From Rhizodiscina lignyota (Eukaryota): a stretch of DNA of 64,000 nucleotides. Each line of letters starts with the position of its first letter. Positions within the stretch are counted from its first letter, which is position 1. The position numbers were made by a program, and so were the translations under genes. Positions 50,903 through 64,000 of the stretch are shown piece by piece. The stretch is taken from positions 124,001 to 188,000 of the forward strand of contig ML978123.1 in assembly GCA_010015805.1 (NCBI GenBank). Reading direction: 5' to 3'. The notes beneath the pieces were generated by a model. That model was not told where the DNA came from. It made no database searches and saw only the letters and a program-made list of their open reading frames with translations.

Positions 50903-52528
50903 ATGCACTACTTTCCACCTGAAGTCATCGAATCTTGGCCCATACCCAACTATGTCGATCCGTCCACACGAGGAACATCGCTGATTATCGTCAATGGCGT
51001 TTTCATCGGCATCACGCTTGTCGCGGTAGGGCTGAGGGTGTACGCAAGAGTTTTCGTGAGCCACTGGTTCGGTGTAGATGACTGGTGTATCGTTTTCGCC
51101 CTTCTCCTTGCAATCGGGATGACCGTATCAGTGCTCCTGGCGAATATCAACTATGGATGGGACCGACATGTCTGGGATATCAGACTAGAAAACATCGCGC
51201 GTGAGTACACACTCCCGAACCCCACATGTATTCTGCTCTAACTTTCTACAACAGCTTCTTTCCAAATCGCGTTTGCGACAAAGATCATATTCTCGCTCGC
51301 CGCAATGTTTACGCGAATATCGCTTCTGCTCTTCTACTATCGCCTCGTCAAAGACAGCGGCCTTCATAGGTTCCGTATGGTCATACATGTCTTTCTTGGA
51401 TTCTCCGTGGCTGTTGGACTAGCTCTTGCGTTACTTACTGTGTGGCAATGCAAGTAAGTGCCCCGAGTCGTGTGGGACCGTGCATATAGGTGCTGCACGT
51501 TGCCGAACCGAATGTTTGCTAACAAAGATGAGTAGACCAATTGCAGCTTTTTGGACCTTTCCTATTATGCCAGGATCGCACTGCATAGATGAAGGAAGGA
51601 TCACTCTAGGCTGCGGGATTGTTAATACAGTTGCCGACCTCATCACCGCAGTCCTTCCGATTCCGATGATTTTGCGGCTGAAAATGCCTCTTCGCCGACG
51701 GATAGGAGTCATTTTCCTGCTTGGCATGGGTTTCATCGTAGTCATTGCGGGGGCTGTGAGGTCCTACTTCGTCTGGAGGAGCCTGATCAGCAGCTACGAT
51801 TTGACATGGTATTCCTACGGGCTCTGGATTTCCGCAGCAGTGGAAGTGGACTTGGGAGTGGTAGGTGCAGCGTAATCGTTAGCATTTGCTATATGCTAAT
51901 GCAACGAACTGTATAGATTTGCGCGTGCGCTCCGGCGTTCCGACTGCTTCTTGCCTCGTGGACTGGACAGTATCTCCCGACGGTGACCGCATCGATTTCT
52001 TCATTCAGATCAAAGATGTTCTCGTTCAGCCGCAGTCGCAGCGCACCCTCTGCATCGACTTCGAAAGTCGGCCGCAGCACAGTCAATGAAATTGCAAGCG
52101 ATAACAGCAATTCAATGTTCTGGTCGACCCCTTACGCGGGGTATTCTCATACCACTGGGGAGAAGTACCACGATAGTCAAGAACTGCCTCTTGTAACAGT
52201 CCGGCCTGCAGCAAACAGCATGAGGACGCCACGACAACCCCAAATGGAGACGCGCATTGAGGCAGATCGAATATCAAGGTCTAGCGGAGAAGCGTCGTTG
52301 CCACCCAATCGCTCGTCCGATCAGGGCCATAAGAGACGAGCTGAGTCACAACCTACAATTCGAGTCGACACGAATGTGCATGTCACCTCATACCCGCAAG
52401 ATAGCGATCCCGTAACTGCGCAGATGCTAGACCGGTATGCGATTCAAGCTCGAGAAAGGACGATGAGGATGCACGAGAAGATGAGGAGTAACGCTTTCAG
52501 TATTGGTGGGAGAGGAACACCTCAGTGA
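50903..52528 (+). CDS. PTH11-like (fungal rhodopsin-domain) integral membrane protein, no CFEM
   Basis: WPIPNYVDP, LRVYARV..FGVDDW, GWDRHVWD, SLLLFYYRL, DLITAVLPIP, EVDLGVICACAP. Introns 51201-51254, 51454-51535, 51861-51916. Confidence 0.9.
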
Positions 52529-52999
52529 CATGACATCTACGCGTATATATTAACTGTTTATGATTATAGCAGCAGTCGGCGTATTGGTTATTGGCCGAGA
52601 TCTTCTCCGGTGAAAGTCTCCAGATCGCTTTCGGAACCCGTGCACATCACACCGAGCAGTTTCCGGCGAGCGACCGAGACCTACAACAGGGCGCCTTTTA
52701 CATGATAACGAGAAGCAAATCTTCTAAGGCAGGCTGGGCAAGCTACTCCTTGACAGCCTCGAATGCAGCTTCGCCAACGTGACGAAGCTTCTTAGAAGTG
52801 CCGTGGGCCACTTCAAAATGGTGACTCCGCAGACTGTTCGCTCGGTATAAACTAGCTCCTTCGTATTCTCCGTATTGGGATTAAGGCTCCCGAGCCCTCA
52901 CCTGATTTTGGTGCCCTATCGCTTTCACAGACGCCAAAAAGATGGGTTGCCTTCTCCGACCATCGCCAAGCGAACCTCGTAGCCGACTACAGCAATCCC

Positions 53000-54034
53000 T
53001 TGAAGCGTCAGTATTGCCTCCCGCCGCCAGCTCGATGGGAAATCAATGACGTTCCGACAATTCGCCTTACGGAGGAGCGCCGCTTCCCCGAGGCTCTAGC
53101 TGCGCCACTCTCTAACATCATGTACGGAGGCCGCCTCTACGCCCATCCAGACGTCAGAAACCGCCCAGAAGTGAAAATCATGCTCGATTACTTCGAGCGC
53201 AAATTGGGAAAGCGCTCGATGTGCTGGTGGATTGATGTCTGTGGCGGTACTGAGCAGCGGAGCAGTGCCAACATGTCCGTGTTCAGCGTTGGCAATGCAC
53301 ATGCCATCCGTCAAATCCTTCTCGAGCTTCTTCAGGACGAGAATATGAGCATCATTCCCCCGGACCAAGTTGGCGTCCTCAACGGATATGTCGCATAATG
53401 CAATATCCACTCGCGCGTTGTTACTGAGCTGGGCAAAACACTGGAAATTCGGAAGACTGGACGGAATATCTATTGGATCATTGTCTCCACAGTAGACGCT
53501 TATCAGGGCATGGAGGTCGAGATCCTCATTATGGACATGGCTCGCACTCATGAGGCAGGCTTCATGAAGAACAATAATCGCTTCAACCTCGCCATTGCTC
53601 GTGGTCATTCCGCCGTCATGCTCGTTGGAGATCTTAGGGCTTTCGATAACATGCCTGAAATAAGAGGCACTGCCCTATATAAGTTCATCCAGTATCTCGA
53701 AGGCAAGGGTTCATCACGCGTCCCATGTTTGTGGATCGCCTTCCACAGCCGCAAACAATCAACCCACATCGCGATTCGTATGGCGGCCGTATTGCAACTC
53801 AAGAAGGACGCACTGCTCAAACCGCCGCCGAACATGCTATCGATTCCAAATAGGAAGCAAGTCTCAAGTCTTGCTCTTTTCGTCGTGGCTGCCGATATAA
53901 TCGAACAGGTTCTCGCATGGTACGCGACAAACGGTAGGCCTTCAAGCATTAGCACTCCGGAAATAGCGTTAAGGTACGGGAACACGGCGTTAGAAGAAGT
54001 TATTTCGCGTGTCGAATTTGACTTAGGCGCATAA
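53000..54034 (+). pseudogene. Truncated SF1 (Upf1/Dna2-like, AAA_12) helicase C-terminal fragment with premature stop
   Basis: One frame: RLTEERRFP..SNIMYGGRL, VGVLNGYVA*(TAA 53396-53398, where Q is expected), VSTVDAYQGMEVEILI, GFM..NRFNLAIARG..VMLVGD. No Walker A/B domain seen upstream. Confidence 0.75.
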
Positions 54035-55587
54035 GACCCTTGGGATAGTGGTTTTGTGTATCAAGTTCGAATAGGAAGCAAATTCCAAGTCCCGCTCTCC
54101 ACGTTGTGACTCCTGATATAATCAAACAAGTGCTCGAACAATAGGCGGCAAACGGCGTGAAATGTTTTGGCATGAGCATTGAGGAGCATTGAGGAGCATT
54201 GGGTTGTTCGTGGGTTCCACCATGTGAATACTCGGTGCAATGACTTCAAAGTGTCCATTCAGGTAGTCGCCATGGTCATCCGAACTTAAGAAGTGAGACG
54301 GAGGTTCGTGTTGCTCCAGAGCTGCTCCGAAACCGGATCCAATCGGGACCTGACTTGATTAAACTTTTCCTGGAGCCTTCAGTTTGCTCTGAAATGTGTC
54401 CGGTTGAATAGGAATAACCGTGCATTTTCATGGATGGTTTCTGAGTGGATCTCTCCTTTGGGAAAGCGATACTCGGGGCAGTACAACATCCAGGTCGTGC
54501 GTATAAGTGTGGGCTCACCTCCACACCATCTTTATTTGCAGCCTCTGTCTAGCTGCCATGGAGTTGCAGATATGTATCTTGCACGCATGAAGGGATTCTG
54601 TGATCCCTTCTCTTTTCAGCTCATCTACTCCGTGCAGCAATCGCCCATGGGTCGCCAGGCAGCAGTCAACTATGTATCCTCTCTTCTCCACGACAATAAT
54701 GAGCTACAGCTGTTACCGAACACATATCAGCATCACAAGCCTTGCGTCAATTGAAGAGAAAAATCCTCACGCGTTCAACCTGTTCTTCTATGGACTAGAA
54801 ATCGATTGAACTTGATTGAAGTTAAGTGAAAAATTCTCAGTCTGCTTACTTAAGTCCTTTCTCTGCGATAGCTGTAAGAAGCCAACATTGTTTCGTCGTC
54901 GTTATCTAACTGCCCTGTCCTCCTTTTCTTGGATTTTTTCTCTTCAGATTTCATTCGGAATAGTTTGAGTTGCTTTAACTAGTCGAGTCCGATTCCGACA
55001 TTTCCTCTCGGGATTAGGAAGAAGTCGATCAAGATATTTATCGTCCATGCCGCCGTCTTTGCAGAGTTATGCGGCACACTTTTTCACCACCCCACCGACC
55101 GGACCTCTGGCCGTTCTTGGAAGGTGCGCCTTCTGGACCACATTCCAACCCTTTTATCACCGAACACCGAACGTTAAACCGATGGAAACCATTCTCGCAC
55201 GCGGAAACAGACGAACAAATTCGTATCGTTCACGCCACTGCGCTCTGTGTGCTACCCCGCGACTCCGTGGGCTTCCTATCGCATGGCGAGCAGGTCATAC
55301 GCGTTGCATCACCATGTCGCATGCACTGATCACCATCCTGAATAGGCAGGTAGATTCGCTCCGGACATAATCCTCTGGAGTGACAGACCCGACAACCTGG
55401 CGCGACTCACGCGATGGCACTGGTTGCGCTCGTGTTCGTTTGTTGGTTTATCAGCCCTCCAGAGACAAGCTTTCCCTTCGCAGAGCTAAGCTTTGGTCTC
55501 TCAAATACAAGCTTCCACCCGCCTAAGTTGCAGGCGCCACCTCCATAGTCACAACTTTCAGTGTTTATGGTGTAACTTACGAACACG

Positions 55588-57518
55588 ATGGATGAAAAGA
55601 TCGATCCCCTCGCTTCACCCCACTCCCCTAACGGTCATAATGGGACGTTGAGCACATACATTAGGCCGCAGATGCGCAAAGTCCACGACCCGGATATCAC
55701 GTTCGAGGAGTATCATTATTATGCACTCAGGACGAGAGAAGAAGAGAAAACGATCGAAGCCCCAAGGACCAACTGGCGGGAGGTTTTACTCCGAAAGAAG
55801 AGTGCGAACCATGACGAGAACAACGACAACGCGGTTCAGGGCTTTGCGGAACACAAGCTTGCGGACAGGACGACGATCACGGATGAGGAATGGACAAATG
55901 CAAGTCGAGCATTCAGGACAGCATCGTGGGGTGCCTGTGAGTGAAACGATGAATGTAACCTACGGTTGCGCAAAGGTACTAATTGATTTGAATAGGTTTC
56001 TATCTGATCACGACGGACATCCTGGGACCATATGGGGTGGGTTTTGCATTGGGCACCCTAGGCTGGGGGCCAGGTGAGCGAGATAGCCATTGCCATATGT
56101 TCAAACGTGTCAACGAGCTAACCAAGCTATAGGCATCGCATTGTACACCGTCTTTGGCTTCTTGGCTGGCTATTCCGGGTATCTCATCTGCCACGTTTTC
56201 CTCGGTATCGACAGTCACGAATTTCCGGCCAGAAACTACGGCGATCTTGGGTTCCGAACTTGGGGTACAACCGCTCGCTATGTGACCAACATTATGCAAG
56301 CGCTCGGCCTGCTCCTGCTTCTCGGTCAAGTCACCATCCAGTACGGTGAAAACATTTCGGCGGTCTCGAAGTTTAAGCTGTGTTACGCCGTCTGTCCGGT
56401 CCTCTTTGTCTGTGTCGGCTTCTTCCTCACACAGATCCGAACGCTCAAAGCATATGGATGGGTAGCAAACTTTGCAGTGTGGCTGAACTTGCTGGTCATC
56501 TTCATCTCGATGGGCGTCATCGCGAATTCAGAACCCAACTTCGCAATCTCTGTTCTGGGATCAGCTGGCAGCGCGGTGGATCCCACAACCATTACGCCGG
56601 ATGCGCATGGCAACTATCCACCAATCATGCACTATGGCGCCCTTCCCAAGAACTCCCTCGTCGGCTCAATCAACGGCCTGTTGTCTGGTGTGCTAGCATA
56701 CGCTGGCGCACAGCTTTTCGTCGAATTTCTGGCAGAGATGAAGCGCCCCTTTGACTTTTATAAAGCAATGTGGGGCGCGCAGTTCTTCATCTACGCGGTT
56801 TACCTTATTTACGGATGCTTCGTCTACCACTACCAAGGCCAATACAGCTTCCAGCCTAGTTATCAGGGCGTAAGCGTATACGGCTGGCAAACAGCCGGTA
56901 ACATGATCTCCTTGATCGCCGCCCTGATCGCTGCAGGCCTCTATGGGAACATTGGCATCAAAGTCCTCTATAACAACATCCTCGTGGACATTTTCAATGC
57001 GCCACTGCTCATTACAAAGCCGGGAAAGATCATATACGCCTGCATTGTGCCAGTCTGGTGGGCTGTTGCCTTTGTGATTGCTGCAGCGATCCCGGATTAC
57101 TTCGGCTTCGTCGCTGTTATTTCTGCGTCTATGCTGCTGAATCTGACATATACCTTGCCGCCATTCTTCGCTCTGGGGTATGACATCCAGAGGCACGCTA
57201 TCCGGCCCCACCAAGGCGAAGGCTTTGATCCGACGACAGGGCAGACCGTGAGAACCGAAACTACCGTCCAGCGATGGATGCGCGGCTTCATGAGCGGCGG
57301 CCCACGTCAAGTTGCTTTCAACGTCTGGCACGTAATCTACTTCTTGGCATCACTTTCCATGTGCGGTCTGGGCATGTATGCCGCTGTCGTTGGTAAGTAT
57401 ATCGCACCAACAATTGCTTTACAAAGTCTAACCGTTGCTCACAGGTATGATCGATGCGTTCAAGAATCCGCAGCTGAATTCATTCTCCTGTCGTTCGCCG
57501 CTCAATCTGAATGCGTAA
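55588..57518 (+). CDS. Transmembrane amino acid transporter (Aa_trans/AAAP, Mtr-like)
   Basis: RAFRTASWGACFYLITTDILGP, NYGDLG, FLAEMKRPFDF, multiple TM helices. Introns 55937-55995, 56074-56132, 57393-57444. Confidence 0.92.
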
Positions 57519-58452
57519 AAGGACGAATACCAATGGGTGACCTTGTAGCAGTTACTGCGTTCCTCAGGGCCGTAAATAGCAGTGTGGAGCCTGTCCCTTG
57601 GCTCCTAGGGCCTGATCGCTGCAGAAGCATTGTATGCTACAATACCAATTGGTAGTAGTATTGCTGCGCTCGAATATCGCCATTAAATCAGTCTGTGACC
57701 AATGGGCGCAATTCTGTCCCATCGCCCAATATGTAGAGCTTTAAAAGCCATCACTCCCTCGGTATAAACATGCTCGGACTATTGTGAAGGTGGTCTCGTG
57801 ATCTCTTTACGGAGTATATGAGAAATCGAAAATCTGCCATTGGACGAAGACGAGAAGATCTGGTAAATGATAGATCACTGCTCTGACCCTGGCCCTGGGC
57901 TGTCCATCTTCCCGGGAATTCTTTCGTCCGATGTCATCACTCCGAACTCCGTCCGTTCGGGATGGCGTATTCCTCGCTTCAAATTTGCGATAAGATTTCA
58001 TGCGCTACGTACACAACCACGCCTTCATGCCAAAGATAAGAAGACATCGACATGTCCAACTACCATTTCAAGCTTCTTGGCCTGCTGGTTGACGAGTCTT
58101 GCCAGGGCCTTTCATTCCTTCGATCGACTTGAAAGGGTCTTGGCTGTTATGCCCGCCGATCGCTATTGGTTCACTCCGTACTCTCGTCGCGGGGTGAAAA
58201 GGCCGAATCATGCAGGACACCATGTAACCCAAGGCTCTGTCCAATTGATGCCTTGTGATGCTGTCGAGCTAAAGGGAGCGTACGTATACGGTTACGAGGG
58301 CTTTTATTCACCGGTAGGACGTTGTAAAGATACATGATGGCGTAGGCACTCAGGCAGACATCATCTGGAAAGCGCTGCCAATACTGTTATTCAATCTCAC
58401 TCAGCTCCATAGGAGACGAATTTCCCGATACGCGCACACAAGAATATTGAGA

Positions 58453-60453
58453 ATGACTCAATATTCAGACAACCACAGTGACGGTGACGACGAATTCGAG
58501 ACTCATTCCTTTTCTGACGAGTATAGCCCAACCGATGGCTTCAACCAGCGCGAACATCCCCAAGACTTCTTCGTACAGACCCCAACGTCGTCATCGAAAG
58601 ACGAAGAGGCAGCAGCAGAATCCCGATCGCCAACCGGTGCCTCGTCATCCCAAAACGTAGTCCATGAATACCGAGTCCCTTCCTCTCCACGCAGGCAAGA
58701 TCCTGACGAGCGAACGCCGTTGTTATATGAAGCGCCCCCACCAGCTTACTCCGCCCCGCACTCCTTATATCAACCGGTCTCACCTATTCTGGACCATAAT
58801 GACACTCGTCCTTTTTCACATGCTCTATTTCCAGATCGCGATCCACAGAGTATGGGAGGTCCAGGAGATCCATCACAAAATTTCGACACAGAAAGGAATC
58901 AATACTCGCGCCCCAAGAGCAGCATAATGTCACAACTTTTCACTGGAATAGGTAGGATCGTGTGGGTTTTTATTGGAATCGTAATCCTGCTTTCGATACT
59001 TGGTGAGGTCTTTGTAGGGACGGGAGGTTCAACCAAGGTATTTTGGCAACCACCACCGTGTCCTAGGACAGAGCAAGTTAACCTGTACCAGTCTCGACTT
59101 CCAGACTCTGGATCGAGCCCTGATCAGAAGAACCCAACGAGCCCGAATCCAGAGAGTCCCAACCCAGAGAAAGACACACGGCCAAATATGCCCGCCTTGC
59201 CCAATCTACCGTCGTGGTGCGATGCAAAGTCGAGTAAATCTGAGCATTTCGATTTCGAGAATCCACCGTCCTTCCTTTTCTCCGAGGAGATTGACAAGCA
59301 GATATTCAGGGACGAGTTTGACGATGAGATTCAACTGTTTGGAGGCGTACGCGTCGTCGAGGCACCGTCCTCTCAAAAGTCACACATCCGGGTTGACACC
59401 ACCCTCTCTTCGAGCGACCCATACTCCATCAAGTCGCTTCATTTCGAGAAGACTAGCGACAAACTCATACTCCAGATTCCATCATTCGATCGCAAGGGGC
59501 ATGGCTCATCACGGCAGCCCTGCATGGCGGTTGATGCTGTAATCTACATCAAGAAGACGGGTAACAGTGACAATCTTTCGAACCTTTCGGTGAAGACGAA
59601 GCAGATGGGAATCGCTGTTGGATCTCGCGTAGAACTTGCTCTGGACAAGTTGACACTGGGCACGGGAGCTGGGAGGGTCGCCTCGGAGGCCAAGCTGCTA
59701 AATTCGCGCGAAACTATAATTAACGTCGGTGCTGGTTCAGTTTCTGGTCACTACAATCTGCTCGACTTGTTATCGATAACCACCTCCGCTGGGTCTATCA
59801 ATGCGGACGTAATGCCGAAAGAGGCAACCAAAGGGGACGAGAAGCCTGCGAGGTTGGAATGCACGTCCAGAACCGGGCCAATCGATGTGGACATGCCACC
59901 GCGTGACGACGATTCTATGATCCCAGACCGGGATTACCAGACTACCATCAAGACCACTGTCGGCAGCATCTATGGCCGCTATATTCACGGCTTGAAAACC
60001 GAGATTGAAACACGAGCTGGCTCCCAAAGCGTCAATATCTTGCCTTACTCCACAGACGATTATGCATCGACTCTCAAGACGCACTCGATGTCTGGCATGT
60101 CGCAGATCAACGTTCAAACCCCCTACAAAGGTGGTGTCATCAAGCGCATGACGAGCTCGCATATCACTCAGACCGGTAGCCTCCATTTATCATATCCGCA
60201 AGAATGGGAAGGCAACGTTAGTGGCAGCACTACGACCGGCAGTTTGACTCTCAGGGGCAAAGACATCGTGATTGAGCAGTATGACGATGGCTTTATTAAC
60301 AAGAAGGTCAAGGGCCACAAAGGAGAGGGACATCTTCAAGGAAAGCTCGATTTCCAGACAAGAACTGGAAGCGCAGGCGTGACGGTCGGAAAGACGTTTG
60401 GCAACGCGGTTCGACGAGAGGTATGCGACTCGTTCAAAGACATTGGCATTTGA
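58453..60453 (+). CDS. Single-pass membrane protein with C-terminal adhesin-like (DUF4097-type) beta-repeats
   Basis: ERTPLL and PPPAY motifs in the N-tail, one TM helix (IVWVFIGIVILLSILG), repeated T-x-x-G-S-I/V units. Probable in-frame 54-nt intron 59038-59091. Confidence 0.75.
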   Translation: MTQYSDNHSDGDDEFETHSFSDEYSPTDGFNQREHPQDFFVQTPTSSSKDEEAAAESRSPTGASSSQNVVHEYRVPSSPRRQDPDERTPLLYEAPPPAYSAPHSLYQPVSPILDHNDTRPFSHALFPDRDPQSMGGPGDPSQNFDTERNQYSRPKSSIMSQLFTGIGRIVWVFIGIVILLSILGEVFVGTGGSTKVFWQPPPCPRTEQVNLYQSRLPDSGSSPDQKNPTSPNPESPNPEKDTRPNMPALPNLPSWCDAKSSKSEHFDFENPPSFLFSEEIDKQIFRDEFDDEIQLFGGVRVVEAPSSQKSHIRVDTTLSSSDPYSIKSLHFEKTSDKLILQIPSFDRKGHGSSRQPCMAVDAVIYIKKTGNSDNLSNLSVKTKQMGIAVGSRVELALDKLTLGTGAGRVASEAKLLNSRETIINVGAGSVSGHYNLLDLLSITTSAGSINADVMPKEATKGDEKPARLECTSRTGPIDVDMPPRDDDSMIPDRDYQTTIKTTVGSIYGRYIHGLKTEIETRAGSQSVNILPYSTDDYASTLKTHSMSGMSQINVQTPYKGGVIKRMTSSHITQTGSLHLSYPQEWEGNVSGSTTTGSLTLRGKDIVIEQYDDGFINKKVKGHKGEGHLQGKLDFQTRTGSAGVTVGKTFGNAVRREVCDSFKDIGI

Positions 60454-60924
60454 AGTGACCTATGGTGAACCGGAGCAACGAAATCGGTTCAACGCTCGCT
60501 TAATACCACATTTCCAGGAGTTGCGGGGTCTCTGGGTTCTTGAATGGACGAAATACACTGTACGAATACCCACATGACATAGTAGAAGTAATATATATTG
60601 CCAAAGTACGAACGCCGAAAAGCTTACACGATGGCGAGAAAGATTATCTCATTATTATACCCGACCGAGTTTTCCACACCGTGGAATGCCGTCCCTTGAA
60701 ATTGGAATCGTTCCTGGTTCATCTCCCTGCTCTTTATTCCCTCCCTGACTGCATTTCCGTCGTGCACCCCGCTCAAATGCCAATGTCATCGCGGATATAA
60801 ATCTGATCAATTGTCGCAAACGGCACATGGCGGTTCTTGCAGTCTCCTGCGCCTTTTTTGTGCGCGTCCCATTTTTCTAGTGCAGCCAATTCCGGCGCAT
60901 TTTGTTACAACTTTGGGAGCCATC

Positions 60925-62662
60925 ATGAGTTTGACTTTTCTGCTTGCCCTCGTCTGCTGTGCGCTGCCCGTGATAGCCGCCACCTCCACGGCCCCTGTCG
61001 TCGATCTTGGATATGCATTGCACAGAGCTACAATTCCACAGGTTAGATGTTCCTTTAACTCTATTGTCAAATTTAAAACTGACTCCTCTAGGAAAATTCA
61101 AACTACTATTCATTTCCTTGGATCAGATATGCAGCACCCCCGCTAGGAAAGCTTCGCTTCTCTGCGCCACAACCGCCGCTAAACAACCGTTCGGCGGGCA
61201 TCCAAGATGGTTCGTTCGGGTGGATCTGTCCGCAGGCATCTCCCCTTTGGAACAACGTGACACTCGCGAATGCGCCGCCAGGACCAAATGAGAGCGAAGA
61301 TTGTCTGTTCTTGGATGTTTTCGTGTCGAAGGAGACATTTAAGAGGAAAAATGCTAACGTGATCGTGTGGATCCATGGAGGTGGCTATATCAGACGCGAC
61401 AAGACCGAGGGTGGGAGTTCGATAGGCCTGCTCGAGCGAAGCGCGGAGCATTCTGAGGGTGCAGTATTCGTGAGACTGGGATATAGGGTACGTTATTCAT
61501 CTTCTTGTTGGTTGAAGTCACTTACGAAGTATAGCTTGGCGGATTTGGCTTCCTCAATGGACCGCTGTTCCAAAAGAGTGGCACCGCAAATGTTGGACTG
61601 CATGACCAACGCCTGGCCTTATCATGGGTCCAGCGATACATTCACCTCTTCGGAGGCGATCCCCAGCGTGTCACGGTGATTGGCGAATCGGCTGGAGCAG
61701 GCAGTATCATGCACCACATCGCTGCATACGGCGGCGAGAGAGGGCCGGGCCATTTGCCGTTCCACCAAGTCATCTGCCAATCCGCCGCGCTTCATAACCC
61801 TACGAGTGCTGGATATCTCGAAGATGATGTGACTCGACAGTTCTTGGCCGCCGCCAACGTGTGCTCTATTGATGAGGCTCGAAAGCTCACTTCGGAAGCT
61901 CTCATGGCGGCGAATAAGGCTGTGGTTCGCGTTGCCCCCTATGGACTCTACACATTCCGTACGTATCACTATTTTCCTTCAAGGTCGAGCTTCTTGTAAC
62001 TTGATGTAGAACCAAACGTGGACGGAGACTACGTCAAAGACGTTCTAGGTGTGGCGTATCTGACAGGCAGATTCGATCACAGCATCCGCGCCATCTCCGC
62101 CCACAACAGCAACGAAGGGTTCGGTTTCACCGATCCAGCGGCGACCAACTCTTCTGCTCTTGCGACATACATGCGGATATACTTCCCGCATGCGTCGGAT
62201 GCCGTGATCGATTTCATCTCCAACAAGCTCTATCCGCCTATCTATGATGGGTCGCAGCCCTGGACGACTCCATTTGAGAGGTTGAATCTCTTGATCAGCG
62301 AGATGATGATCGCGTGCAACTCGCGTTATCTTGGTACGGGACTCGGAAACACGACTTACAACTATGAGTACTCGGTGCCGCCCGGTTTCCACATGGACGA
62401 TATTCCGTACACGTTCTTTGATGGGACTCTTAATGGAGCTGTAACGAATAAAACGATGGCGATGGACCTGCAGCGATACATTACCGCTTTCGCGGCTACA
62501 GGGAATCCGAATGCATTTCAGAAAGAGACGGCGCTGCCTACCTTTGCCAGGTATGGCTCTGAGGCGACGTTGTTGAATTTCAATACGTCGTACATCAGTC
62601 ATATCACGGATCCTTTGAAGAATGATAGATGCGCCTGGTGGCAGAAAGGCTTGTTATTGTAG
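60925..62662 (+). CDS. Secreted type-B carboxylesterase/lipase
   Basis: Signal peptide, PVVDLGY, IRYAAPPLGKLRF, SEDCLFLDV, VWIHGGGY, FGGDPQRVTVIGESAG, NSNEG, GFHMDD. Three introns (about 61042-61091, 61488-61533, 61959-62009). Confidence 0.92.
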
Positions 62663-63292
62663 GCGGTACTCCCGTAAACAAGAACAGTTGGATTAGCGAA
62701 GTCGCTAGGATTTGGGGCCGTTTTTCGATGGCTGGCGGCATCTCCGCGAGCCCCTAGCAATCAAGCACCGCTTTCGTCTATGAAGTCAGAAATTAATTAG
62801 CTGTAGTGTGAGATCTTAGATTGCCTGAATAATATAAAGACTAAAAAAGAATAACGCTGCTCGCTTCACTAGCTTCATCGCGAATTATGGTGCCCGGGGG
62901 CCTTACTAAATCTCTCGTGCGACTACCGTGCCTCGTGGTACGTCAAAACAGGTTTAGGAATCTTGTTCAAAAGAGGTAACAAGACGATTAAAATGAGTAA
63001 TCGAACCGTAACACTATTAGTGCTCTTCCCCAGTACCATGCGATTAATGCCGCACCGAAAGTGGTGCTTTTTGGTAGATGTCACCATGTATCCGCCGGAA
63101 ATAGAAAACAGTAGCAGGATGCGGCCTGTCTCTATCGTATTCGAGGGTTTCACAGTGAAATTTCACGGAAATATTATGCACGGACGGAATGTTTGAAGAC
63201 ACGCTCCTCTTCAAATAATGTCCCGAACATCCTACTTCTGTGCGCAGAGCCCTCTGCGCATCTGACACTTGGTCCTTGGGCAAGTGCACAGA

Positions 63293-64000
63293 ATGGCAAC
63301 CTCCAAACCAACTATCCTCTTCGCCCATGGCGCGTTTCACACCCCGGAGTCATTCTCTAATCTCGCATCTGCACTTGAGAAGAAGGGATATCACTGTCCA
63401 AATGACTTCCAGCTCCCTTCTATAGACGCCCCGTCGTCTGCGGCACCTGGACTTCTTGAAGACGCTCAAGCGCTGCGGCAATATGTCTTGGAATGCATTG
63501 ACGGGACGGGGCGATTCGAATCCCAGGGTCCTAACGACTGTGTGGTCGTCATGCACTCATATGGCGGCGCTGTGGGCAGCCAGGCTCTGGAAGGCCTTGG
63601 AACCAAGCAGCGACCGGGAAAGAAGGCGATCAAGAAACTGGTGTACATCAATGCGAATATTGTGGAGCCCGGAGACACTGTGCAGGCGCAGATGGAAAGG
63701 TTTGGCCAATTGACAGATTACCAAGCGCCTCCTGATTTGTACATGTTAGACGTACGTGCGTTACTGCGGCAGCCTCACGGGTCCATTCAACCGCACTGTT
63801 GAGTGATTAAGCTGACATTGCGTGAGAACAGGGACAAAATGTCAAATATGTAGGTCCTGAAGATCTATTCTACAATGACATCGATCCGGAAAGTAGCAAA
63901 ACGCTGTACGCTGGACTAAAGCCGACCGGATTCGGGTAAGCATCGAGCCAAAAAGGTAGTAACCATTCATGAAGTCGCTGACAATGCACACAGAGCATTC
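63293..64000 (+). CDS. Alpha/beta hydrolase (AB hydrolase-1/6 type), 3' end beyond the window
   Basis: KPTILFAHGAFH, VVVMHSYGGAVG, IKKLVYINA. Intron from about 63752, and a further donor near 63936. Confidence 0.85.

Noticed and set aside
28969..54034. RNase H, QIP and SF1 helicase as a possible RNA-silencing gene cluster
   Set aside because: Spread over 25 kb and separated by unrelated housekeeping genes, and the helicase is a relic. No evidence of a functional cluster.
54174..54201. Short tandem repeats (GAGCATTGAG x~2.7; also CTGGCTAAGGGC x2 near 24905)
   Set aside because: Ordinary slippage duplications with no spacers; not CRISPR-like.

Overview
Eukaryotic genomic DNA from a filamentous ascomycete. 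Short GT-AG introns with CTRAC branch sites and the gene content suggest Pezizomycotina; an Eurotiomycete/black-yeast-like lineage is my inference only. I can reconstruct about 26 protein-coding genes, most of them spliced. Conserved housekeeping genes: spc24, fis1, CENP-L/fta1-like, hsp88, Asg1-like Zn2Cys6 factor, m-AAA protease, ING/PHD protein, QIP-like exonuclease and a PDK/BCKDK-family kinase. These alternate with accessory segments: HET+ZZ protein, F-box protein, BTB-like orphan, intron-containing RNase H, arsenite methyltransferase with a divergent bZIP, a disrupted SF1 helicase fragment, a transporter and hydrolases. No rRNA, tRNA, CRISPR or intact transposon was recognised. Most interesting observations: (1) a head-to-head arsM / Cys-rich Yap-like bZIP pair that looks like a two-gene arsenic sense-and-methylate module; (2) a stand-alone, twice-spliced, retrotransposon-like RNase H gene with a perfect G-quadruplex motif just downstream and a duplicated intron-bearing unit upstream; (3) a 162-nt in-frame, stop-free intron in hsp88 that encodes an NLS-like peptide; (4) a 561-nt intron with a box C/D-like hairpin in an AhpC/TSA-like gene. 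All family assignments come from motif recognition by eye, not database searches.
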